Below are positions 26,945 through 33,947 of a stretch of DNA of 45,004 nt, piece by piece. Position 1 is the stretch's first letter, and each line of letters starts with the position of its first letter. The translations under genes and the position numbers were made by a program. The notes below the pieces were generated by a model. It did not search any database, was not told where the DNA came from, and saw nothing but the letters and a program-made list of their open reading frames with translations. Source of the stretch: Thermoleophilia bacterium (GTDB lineage Bacteria > Actinomycetota > Thermoleophilia > UBA2241); the NCBI GenBank assembly GCA_041648235.1, contig JBAZPK010000002.1:1-45004 (forward strand), written 5' to 3'.

Positions 26945-28210
26945 GTGAACAACAAGCTCTGGCAGTCGCTCGTCAACGCCTGGAAGATCCCGGACCTTCG
27001 TACGAAGGTCCTCTTCACGGCGGCGATGGTCGCGATCTATCGCATCGGGTCGCACGTGCCGGTCCCGGGCGTCGACCTCGATGCTCTGCAGCAGTTCTTC
27101 GAGCAGGGCGGCGCCGGCGTCATCGGCTTCCTCGACCTGTTCTCTGGTGGCGCGCTGGCGCGCGTCGCCCTCTTCGCCCTGGGCATCATGCCGTACATCA
27201 CGGCGTCGATCATCATGCAGCTGCTGACGGTGGTGATCCCCAAGCTCGAGGAGCTCGCCAAGGAAGGCGAGCAGGGCCAGAAGGTCATCACCAAGTACAC
27301 ACGTTGGCTCACCGTGCTCTTGTCGCTGGTGCAGTCGCTGGGCTACATGGTGCTGTTCCGCAGCCAGAACGCGCTCCCCGACCTCAACTGGTGGCGTGGG
27401 GCCTTGATCGTCATGAGCCTCGTCGCCGGCGCCGTGTTCGTGATGTGGCTCGGCGAGCTCATCACGGCGCGCGGGATCGGCAACGGCATGTCGATCATGA
27501 TCTTCATCAGCATCGTGTCGCGGATCCCGTCCGGGGCCGTCAAACTGACCACCCTGAGCATCGTCACGATCGTCCTCTTCGTCGTCATCGCCCTGGCGGT
27601 GGTCGTGGGCGTCATCTGGATCACGAGCGGCGAGCGGCGCGTCCCGGTGCAGTACGCCAAACGAGTGGTGGGCCGCCGCATGATGGGCGGGACGAGCACC
27701 TTCATCCCCCTCAAGGTGAACATGGCCGGCGTCATCCCGGTGATCTTCGCCTCGTCGGTGATGATGATCGTCCCCACCTTCACGCAGTTCCTGGGCACGG
27801 GGGGCATCGCGGGCTGGTTCAGCGACACCTTCGGGCCGAACACGTTCCTGTTCATCATGCTGGAGGCTGTGCTGATCATCATCTTCACGTACTTCTACAC
27901 GGCGGTCACGTTCAACCCCATCGACCAGGCCGACAACCTGAAGAAGTATGGTGGGTTCGTGCCCGGCGTGCGGCCGGGGCGTCCCACGGCCGAATACCTC
28001 GACCGCATCCTCACGCGCCTCACGCTCCCCGGGGCGCTGTTCCTCGCCGCCCTGGCTGTGTTGCCGTGGCTGCTCGGCCGGCCGCCGATCAACGCGCCCT
28101 TTTACTTCGGCGGCACGTCGCTGCTGATCGTGGTGGGCGTGGCGCTCGACACGATGCGTCAGATGGAGGCCCAGCTGCTCATGCGCCACTACGAGGGCTT
28201 TCTCAAGTAG
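26945..28210 (+). CDS. secY: Preprotein translocase subunit SecY
   Basis: ORF 26879-28210. Start taken as GTG26945 (VNNKLWQSLVNAWKIPDLRTKVLFT...). The multi-TM profile is visible, with the GIMPYITASIIMQLL motif. Confidence 0.96.
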   Translation: MNNKLWQSLVNAWKIPDLRTKVLFTAAMVAIYRIGSHVPVPGVDLDALQQFFEQGGAGVIGFLDLFSGGALARVALFALGIMPYITASIIMQLLTVVIPKLEELAKEGEQGQKVITKYTRWLTVLLSLVQSLGYMVLFRSQNALPDLNWWRGALIVMSLVAGAVFVMWLGELITARGIGNGMSIMIFISIVSRIPSGAVKLTTLSIVTIVLFVVIALAVVVGVIWITSGERRVPVQYAKRVVGRRMMGGTSTFIPLKVNMAGVIPVIFASSVMMIVPTFTQFLGTGGIAGWFSDTFGPNTFLFIMLEAVLIIIFTYFYTAVTFNPIDQADNLKKYGGFVPGVRPGRPTAEYLDRILTRLTLPGALFLAALAVLPWLLGRPPINAPFYFGGTSLLIVVGVALDTMRQMEAQLLMRHYEGFLK

Positions 28211-28217
28211 CCCAGGG

Positions 28218-28883
28218 ATGAGCGAAGCCCAGCACAACCTCATCCTGATCGGTGGCCCCGGGGCGGGCAAGGGCACCCAGGCCGAACGCATCGTCAAGCG
28301 CTTCGGCCTGCCGCACATCTCCACCGGCGAGATGCTGCGCACCGCCGTCGCCCAGGGCAGCGAGATGGGCCGGGCGGCGCGCCGGTACCTCGAGGCCGGA
28401 GCCCTGGTGCCCGACGAGGTCGTCATCGGGGTGGTGCGCGACCGGCTGGCCGAGGACGACGCCCGCGAGGGCTTCCTGCTCGACGGCTTCCCGCGCACGA
28501 TCGAGCAGGCGGAGCGCCTTGACGCGATGCTTGCCGAGGAGGGCCGACGCGTCACGAACGTGATCCTCATCGACGTGCCGGCTGACGAGCTCATCCGCCG
28601 TACCGCCGGGCGGCGCTCCTGCAGCCGCTGCGGCAAGCTGTACAACGTAAACTTCGATCCGCCGCGCGTGGAGGGCGTCTGTGACGTCTGTGGCGGCGAG
28701 CTGGTGCGGCGCGCCGACGACAACGAGGAGACGATGCGCAACCGCCTCGCTGTGTACGAGCGCCAGACCTCGCCGCTCATCGAGTACTACGCCACGCGTG
28801 GCGTGCTGGCGAGGGCCTCAGGCGGCGACAGGCTGCCGGACGAGGTGTTCGCGCAGGTCGAACAAATCCTCACAGGTGTCTGA
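28218..28883 (+). CDS. adk: Adenylate kinase (Zn-lid type)
   Basis: 221-aa ORF with P-loop GGPGAGKGTQ and Cys4 lid CSRCGKLYNVNFDPPRVEGVCDVCGG. Confidence 0.97.
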   Translation: MSEAQHNLILIGGPGAGKGTQAERIVKRFGLPHISTGEMLRTAVAQGSEMGRAARRYLEAGALVPDEVVIGVVRDRLAEDDAREGFLLDGFPRTIEQAERLDAMLAEEGRRVTNVILIDVPADELIRRTAGRRSCSRCGKLYNVNFDPPRVEGVCDVCGGELVRRADDNEETMRNRLAVYERQTSPLIEYYATRGVLARASGGDRLPDEVFAQVEQILTGV

Positions 28884-28889
28884 CAGCGC

Positions 28890-29663
28890 GTGATCATCCG
28901 CAGGTCGGCAGCCGAGGTCGCGAAGATCGATGCCGCGGGCAGCATCCTGGCGGACTGCCTCGACATGCTCGCCGCGGAGGCCCGCCCGGGGGTCGCGACG
29001 CGCGATCTCGACGAGCTCGCCGAGCGATTCATCCGCGAGCGTGGCGGGGTGCCGACCTTCCTGGGGTACCGGGGCTTCCCGGCCTCCATCTGTGCCTCGC
29101 CGAACGACATGGTGGTGCACGGTATCCCCGGGGCAGAGCCGATCGGTGAAGGAGACGTACTGAGCATCGACGTGGGTGTGACGCTCGACGGCTACGTGGC
29201 CGACTCCGCCATCACATTGCCCATGGGCGCCGTCGACGCCGAGGCGCTGCGCCTGCTCGACGTCACGGCCGAGTCGCTCGAGGCGGCCATCGCCGAATGC
29301 CACGAGGGCCGCCGCCTGGGCGACATCTCGCACGCCGTGCAGGAGGTCGTCGAGGCTGCGGGTTTCGCCGTGGTCCGGTCTCTGGTCGGGCACGGCGTGG
29401 GCAAGGAGATGCACGAGGAGCCGCAGATCCCCAACTACGGGGATTCGGGGCGCGGACCGCGGCTCGAGGGAGGTATGGTCTTCGCCATCGAACCGATGGT
29501 CAACGCCGGTGGTCACGAGGTGTTCGTCGCCGAGGACGGTTGGTCGATCTTCACCACCGACGGGTCGCTCTCGGCGCACTTCGAACACACGGTGGCGATC
29601 GGGAAGACGCGGCCGCGAGTCCTGACGCGCCGCCGCTCGGAGGGTGGCGGCGCGCCCGCGTAG
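28890..29663 (+). CDS. map: Methionine aminopeptidase, type I
   Basis: 257-aa ORF. Metal-ligand blocks [37 protein letters not shown] and HFEHTV. Confidence 0.95.
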   Translation: MIIRRSAAEVAKIDAAGSILADCLDMLAAEARPGVATRDLDELAERFIRERGGVPTFLGYRGFPASICASPNDMVVHGIPGAEPIGEGDVLSIDVGVTLDGYVADSAITLPMGAVDAEALRLLDVTAESLEAAIAECHEGRRLGDISHAVQEVVEAAGFAVVRSLVGHGVGKEMHEEPQIPNYGDSGRGPRLEGGMVFAIEPMVNAGGHEVFVAEDGWSIFTTDGSLSAHFEHTVAIGKTRPRVLTRRRSEGGGAPA

Positions 29664-29716
29664 CGGGGCCTCCGGGCGCGGTTCGACGGCCGCCGCGTCT
29701 CTGCTTTGGGCCTGGT

Positions 29717-29744
29717 TTGTCGGGCCGGTTGTTTGTGGTAGTAT
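29717..29744 (+). promoter_or_regulatory. Candidate infA/alpha-operon promoter (-35 TTGTCG, 16-nt spacer, extended -10 TGgTAGTAT)
   Basis: Read directly: ttgtcg 29717-29722, tgg 29736-29738, tagtat 29739-29744. It lies about 33 nt upstream of the infA ATG. Confidence 0.4.
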
Positions 29745-29776
29745 GTCAGGCCGCTGTCTGTCGACGAGTAGGGAGT

Positions 29777-29998
29777 ATGGCGAACAAAGAAGAGGCCATC
29801 GAGATCGAAGGCGAGGTCGTTGAGGCTTTGCCGAACACCATGTTCCGTGTGCATCTCGATAACAACCACGAAGTGCTCGCCCACATCTCCGGCAAGATGC
29901 GTATGAACTACATCCGCATCCTGCCCGGCGACAGGGTCAAAGTGGAGTTGTCGCCCTACGACCTCAACAGAGGCAGGATCACGTACCGGTTCAAGTAG
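29777..29998 (+). CDS. infA: Translation initiation factor IF-1
   Basis: In-frame ATG29777 inside ORF 29297-29998, with GGGAG upstream. It gives the 73-aa [73 protein letters not shown]. Confidence 0.96.
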   Translation: MANKEEAIEIEGEVVEALPNTMFRVHLDNNHEVLAHISGKMRMNYIRILPGDRVKVELSPYDLNRGRITYRFK

Positions 29999-30069
29999 CG
30001 GCCGCCAGCGGTCGCCCGGAGGCGAAGCGCGGCGCCTATGGGCGCGCCGCGCTCGAGCGAGGATCACCG

Positions 30070-30183
30070 ATGAAGGTAAGAGCATCAGTCAAGCCGATCT
30101 GCGAGAAGTGCAAGATCATCCGCCGTCACGGCACGGTACAGGTGATCTGCTCGAACCCGCGGCATCGTCAGAGGCAGGGGTAA
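30070..30183 (+). CDS. rpmJ: 50S ribosomal protein L36 (bL36), Zn-binding form
   Basis: Hand translation of an ORF too short for the track: [37 protein letters not shown], with stop TAA30181-30183. Confidence 0.93.
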   Translation: MKVRASVKPICEKCKIIRRHGTVQVICSNPRHRQRQG

Positions 30184-30189
30184 GTCCGC

Positions 30190-30561
30190 ATGGCACGTAT
30201 CGCAGGCGTCAACATCCCGCCCCAGAAGCGGGTCGAGATCGGGCTCACGTACATCTACGGCATCGGCCGGTCGACCTCCAACAAGGTCCTCGTCGTGGTC
30301 GGCATCGACCCGAACACCAAGGTCCGCGACCTCACCGAAGAAGAGATCGTGCGCTTGCGTGAGGCCATCGACCGTGAAGTCACGGTCGAGGGCGACCTGC
30401 GGCGCGAGCGCTCGCAGAACATCAAGCGACTCATGGACATCGGCTGCTACCGGGGCATTCGCCACCGTCGCGGCATGCCGGTGAACGGTCAGCGGACGCG
30501 CACCAACGCCCGTTCGCGCAAGGGTCCCAAGAGGACAATCAGCGGCAAGCGCAAGAAGTGA
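30190..30561 (+). CDS. rpsM: 30S ribosomal protein S13 (uS13)
   Basis: 123-aa ORF ([26 protein letters not shown]). Confidence 0.97.
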   Translation: MARIAGVNIPPQKRVEIGLTYIYGIGRSTSNKVLVVVGIDPNTKVRDLTEEEIVRLREAIDREVTVEGDLRRERSQNIKRLMDIGCYRGIRHRRGMPVNGQRTRTNARSRKGPKRTISGKRKK

Positions 30562-30587
30562 CCGCCGAGCCGGAGGAGTAGAGCAGA

Positions 30588-30986
30588 GTGGCCAAGCCTC
30601 AGAGAGCCAAAGGACGTCAGCGCCGCAAGGTCCGCAAGAACATCGCCATCGGCCAGGCGCACATCAAGACATCGTTCAACAACACGCTGGTGACGCTCAC
30701 CGACAAGGAGGGCAATGTCATCGCGTGGGAGAGCGCCGGGTCTGTCGGCTTCAAGGGCTCGCGCAAGAGCACGCCCTTCGCGGCCCAGGTGACGGCCGAG
30801 TCGTGCGCCAAGAAGGGCATGGAGCACGGCCTTCAGAAGGTCGAGGTGTTCGTTCGCGGGCCGGGCTCCGGCCGCGAGACGGCGGTGCGCTCGCTGCAGG
30901 CCGCCGGCCTCGAGATCATGAGTGTCAAAGATGTGACGCCGGTGCCGCACAACGGGTGCCGTCCCCGCAAGCGTCGCCGGGTCTAG
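30588..30986 (+). CDS. rpsK: 30S ribosomal protein S11 (uS11)
   Basis: 132-aa ORF ([44 protein letters not shown]). Confidence 0.97.
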   Translation: MAKPQRAKGRQRRKVRKNIAIGQAHIKTSFNNTLVTLTDKEGNVIAWESAGSVGFKGSRKSTPFAAQVTAESCAKKGMEHGLQKVEVFVRGPGSGRETAVRSLQAAGLEIMSVKDVTPVPHNGCRPRKRRRV

Positions 30987-30996
30987 GAAGGTCCAC

Positions 30997-31617
30997 TTGG
31001 CCAGAGATACTTCACCACAGTGCAAGCAGTGCCGCCGCGAGGCTGAGAAGCTCTTCCTCAAGGGTGAGCGCTGCCTCACGGACAAGTGTGCCGTCGAGCG
31101 TCGTTCTTACCCGCCAGGGGAGCACGGCCGCGGGCGCATCAAGCAGAGCGAGTACCTCCTTCAGCTTCGTGAGAAGCAGAAGGCTCGGCGCTACTACCAG
31201 GTGCTCGAGAAGCAGTTCCATCACTACTACGAGATCGCGAGCCGCAAGCAGGGCATCACCGGTGAGACCTTGCTCTGTCTCCTCGAGATGAGGCTCGACA
31301 ACGTCGTCTACCGCCTGGGGTTCGGCGCTTCGCGCCGTCAGGCCCGTCAGTTGGTCCGTCACGCACATTTCCAGGTCAACGGCAAGAAGGTCGACGTCCC
31401 GTCGTACCAGGTGCGCCCCGACGACATCGTCTCGGTGCGCACGAACAGCAAGGCCGTGGAGACCGTCCGCGCCGCCACCGACCTCACCTCGTCGGTGTCC
31501 CCGTGGCTGCTGGTCGACCATGACAACCTGACCGGCAAGATCCTGCGCGCCCCCGTGCGGGCGGAGATCGACGCGCCGGTGCAGGAGCAGCTCATCGTCG
31601 AGCTCTACTCCAAGTAA
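30997..31617 (+). CDS. rpsD: 30S ribosomal protein S4 (uS4), Cys4 N-terminus
   Basis: 206-aa ORF with a TTG start (CKQCRREAEKLFLKGERCLTDKC) and an S4 RNA-binding domain (RLDNVVYRLGFGASRRQARQLVRHAHFQVNGKKV). Confidence 0.96.
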   Translation: MARDTSPQCKQCRREAEKLFLKGERCLTDKCAVERRSYPPGEHGRGRIKQSEYLLQLREKQKARRYYQVLEKQFHHYYEIASRKQGITGETLLCLLEMRLDNVVYRLGFGASRRQARQLVRHAHFQVNGKKVDVPSYQVRPDDIVSVRTNSKAVETVRAATDLTSSVSPWLLVDHDNLTGKILRAPVRAEIDAPVQEQLIVELYSK

Positions 31618-31659
31618 ACGCTGCAGCTGACCCGCGGCGAAGACCTTACAGGAGGCCAG

Positions 31660-32607
31660 TTGCTACAGTTTCAGATGCCCAACATCACGCGCGAACAGCT
31701 CGCCGGAAACCGGGCGCGCTTCGAGGTAGAGCCCCTCGACCGCGGGTTCGGGCATACGTTCGGCAACGCGCTGCGGCGCGTGCTGCTCTCGTCGCTCGAG
31801 GGCGCCGCCGTGAGCTCGGTCAAGATCGAGGGCGTCGCCCACGAGTTCACGACCGTCAAGGGCGTGAAGGAAGACGTAACGGACGTCATCCTCAACCTCA
31901 AGGAGCTCGTCTGCCGCCTCCACGGTGAGCTGGACGAGGTCCAGGTGAGGCTCTACAAGGACAAGCCCGGCAAGGTCGTGGCGGCCGACATCGACATCCC
32001 GGCCGAGCTGGAGATCCTGAACCCGGATCATCACATCGCGACGCTTTCTGACGGCGGGGCCATCGAGATGCTGCTGACCGTGCGGCGCGGCACCGGCTAT
32101 GTGCCCGCCGAGGGCAACAAGACGCCCGAGACGGTGATCGGGGTCATCCCGATCGACTCCATCTTCAGCCCCATCAAGCGGGTCTCGTATCACGTCGAGA
32201 GCGCCCGCGTGGGCCAGCGCACCGACTACGACAAGCTCATCCTCGACATCACGACCAACGGCGCGCTGCTCCCCGAAGAGGCGCTGCGCGAGGCCGCCGA
32301 GATCCTCGTCGACCGGATGTCGATCTTCACCGACCCGGACCGCACGCGGGCGAGCGAGGAGTTCCCCATCGAGGGCCTCGCCACTTCGCCGGCGGGCGGC
32401 GGCATGGACGACGTGCTCATCGAGGAGCTCGAGCTCGGCGTCCGTTCGTACAACTGCCTCAAGCGTGAGGGCATCCAGACCGTCGGCGACCTGGTCTCCA
32501 AGACCGAGGCCGAGCTGCTCAACATCCCGAACTTCGGCAAGAAGAGCATCGACGAGGTCAAGGAGAAGCTCTCCGAACGTGGGCTCTCTCTGCGGGGTGA
32601 CGAGTAA
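31660..32607 (+). CDS. rpoA: DNA-directed RNA polymerase subunit alpha
   Basis: 315-aa ORF. TTG start after AGGAGG. The NTD ([17 protein letters not shown]) and CTD ([22 protein letters not shown]) are recognisable. Confidence 0.97.
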   Translation: MLQFQMPNITREQLAGNRARFEVEPLDRGFGHTFGNALRRVLLSSLEGAAVSSVKIEGVAHEFTTVKGVKEDVTDVILNLKELVCRLHGELDEVQVRLYKDKPGKVVAADIDIPAELEILNPDHHIATLSDGGAIEMLLTVRRGTGYVPAEGNKTPETVIGVIPIDSIFSPIKRVSYHVESARVGQRTDYDKLILDITTNGALLPEEALREAAEILVDRMSIFTDPDRTRASEEFPIEGLATSPAGGGMDDVLIEELELGVRSYNCLKREGIQTVGDLVSKTEAELLNIPNFGKKSIDEVKEKLSERGLSLRGDE

Positions 32608-32608
32608 C

Positions 32609-32959
32609 ATGCGCCATCAGAAGTCAGGCCGCAAGTTCAACATGGCGCCCGACCAGCGCAAGGCGCTGCTTTCGGGCCTCGCCTGCCAGCTGCTCGAGCA
32701 CGAGAAGATCAAGACCGGCGTTGCGCGCGCCAAAGAGGTACGCCCGCTGGTCGAGGAGGTCATCACGCTTGGCAAGCGCGGCGACCTGCACGCTCGCCGG
32801 CTGGCCATCTCCATGCTGCGCAACAAGAAGATCGTCTACAAGCTGTTCAACGATGTGGCCCCGCGCTACGCCGAGCGCAAGGGCGGCTACACGCGCATCA
32901 TCAAGCTCGGGCCGCGCCCAGGGGACGGCAGCGAGCAGGCGTACATCGAGCTGGTGTAG
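32609..32959 (+). CDS. rplQ: 50S ribosomal protein L17 (bL17)
   Basis: ORF 32465-32959. Start taken as ATG32609 ([21 protein letters not shown]...), 1 nt after the rpoA stop. 116 aa. Confidence 0.96.
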   Translation: MRHQKSGRKFNMAPDQRKALLSGLACQLLEHEKIKTGVARAKEVRPLVEEVITLGKRGDLHARRLAISMLRNKKIVYKLFNDVAPRYAERKGGYTRIIKLGPRPGDGSEQAYIELV

Positions 32960-32984
32960 TACCACTCTTCAGATGGGTGACGCG

Positions 32985-33016
32985 AGGGGCGGGCGGCCGA
33001 AGGGCCGCCCGCCCCT
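32985..33016 (+). terminator. Perfect 14-bp hairpin after rplQ (terminator candidate)
   Basis: aggggcgggcggcc (32985-32998), loop gaag, ggccgcccgcccct (33003-33016). Reverse complement checked by hand. Confidence 0.6.
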
Positions 33017-33065
33017 TCCGCGTTCCGAGGCCCCGACGGGGAGGGGCGGGCCGCGGAACGCGGAA
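33016..33065 (+). terminator. Second, abutting 12-bp hairpin after rplQ
   Basis: ttccgcgttccg (33016-33027) pairs with cggaacgcggaa (33054-33065). The 26-nt loop contains a small inner cccc-gac-gggg hairpin. Confidence 0.45.
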
Positions 33066-33077
33066 CATCCGCGGCTG

Positions 33078-33107
33078 TTGCACATACCCATGGGGGTATG
33101 CTAGGGT
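33078..33107 (+). promoter_or_regulatory. Candidate promoter of the Hdr/Qmo-like block (-35 TTGCAC, 18-nt spacer, extended -10 TGcTAGGGT), with an inverted repeat in the spacer
   Basis: Read directly: ttgcac 33078-33083, tgc 33099-33101, tagggt 33102-33107. The inverted repeat is CATACCC (33083-33089), N4, GGGTATG (33094-33100). Confidence 0.35.
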
Positions 33108-33243
33108 CTGCTTGTACCAGGAGACACAAGCGGTTCGGGCCCCGGGCAGATCCGGAGCGCGGAGCCGGATGTGAATCTCCCTCACAGGCATGCCTGGGGC
33201 GGGCGTGCGCACCAAAGCACGAGCGTTCAACGGCGACAAGGAG

Positions 33244-33507
33244 ATGGTCAGCATGACACCCGAAGAGCTCAACGCGATCCAGGCTGAGAAAGTGGTAGAC
33301 GCGCGCGGCACCTCGTGCCCCGGGCCGATCCTCGCCGCCAAGAAGGGCATCCCCGGCGTCTCGGTGGGCGGCGTCATGGAGGTCCAGGCGACCGACTCGG
33401 GAACGACCAAGGACCTCCCCGCGTGGTCCAAGAAGATGGGCCACGACTACCTCGGCGTGGTCGAGGAGCCCGGCTACATGCGCCTGTTCGTCAAGAAGAT
33501 GAAGTGA
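33244..33507 (+). CDS. TusA/SirA-family sulfur-carrier protein
   Basis: ORF 33190-33507. Start taken as ATG33244 after AAGGAG. 87 aa. The family hallmark VDARGTSCPGPIL (Cys-Pro-x-Pro) is present, with GGVMEVQATDSGTTKDLPAWSKKMGHDY downstream. Confidence 0.85.
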   Translation: MVSMTPEELNAIQAEKVVDARGTSCPGPILAAKKGIPGVSVGGVMEVQATDSGTTKDLPAWSKKMGHDYLGVVEEPGYMRLFVKKMK

Positions 33508-33509
33508 CG

Positions 33510-33947
33510 ATGGCTGAGGCAGCGGCAGAAGTGGGCCAGGCATACGACCCGCGGATCCTGGTCTTCAGCACCAACAACATATCCGACCCGGGAATCGACC
33601 TGGCGGGCAGCTCGCACATGCATTACTCGCCCAGGGTGATGGTGATCAACCTGCCCTGCACGAGTGCGGTCAAGCCGGGCTGGATCCTGTATGCCGTGGA
33701 GCAGGGCTTCGACGGCGTCTTCATCGCCGCCGACGGCGAGGAGTGCGCCTACCTGCCGGACTGCGCCGAGCGTACGTCCGGCATCATGAGCGATGCGCAG
33801 AAGCTGCTTGAGCAGAAGGGCTACGAGCCGCAGCGCGTGCGCATGGCCGCGATCTGCTCCGTCTGCGCGGAGCCTTTCACCAACTACATGCACGAGTACG
33901 CGACGTCCCTGACAGGCCTGGGACCGGCCCGGAAGGCGACCTCATGA
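33510..33947 (+). CDS. MvhD/FlpD-family iron-sulfur protein (HdrA partner), with an atypical Cys pattern
   Basis: In-frame ATG33510 within ORF 33315-33947, 2 nt after the TusA-like stop. 145 aa. The family-like pattern is ILVFS..N...PGIDLAG......Y.PRV.VI.LPC...V...WILYAVEQGFDGVFIAADGEECAY. Extra Cys occur in LPDC and AICSVC. Confidence 0.7.
   Translation: MAEAAAEVGQAYDPRILVFSTNNISDPGIDLAGSSHMHYSPRVMVINLPCTSAVKPGWILYAVEQGFDGVFIAADGEECAYLPDCAERTSGIMSDAQKLLEQKGYEPQRVRMAAICSVCAEPFTNYMHEYATSLTGLGPARKATS

Noticed and set aside
26843-28780. 645-aa ORF on the minus strand
   Set aside because: It lies antisense to secY and adk, has an Arg/Asp/His-rich composition, and is a shadow frame.
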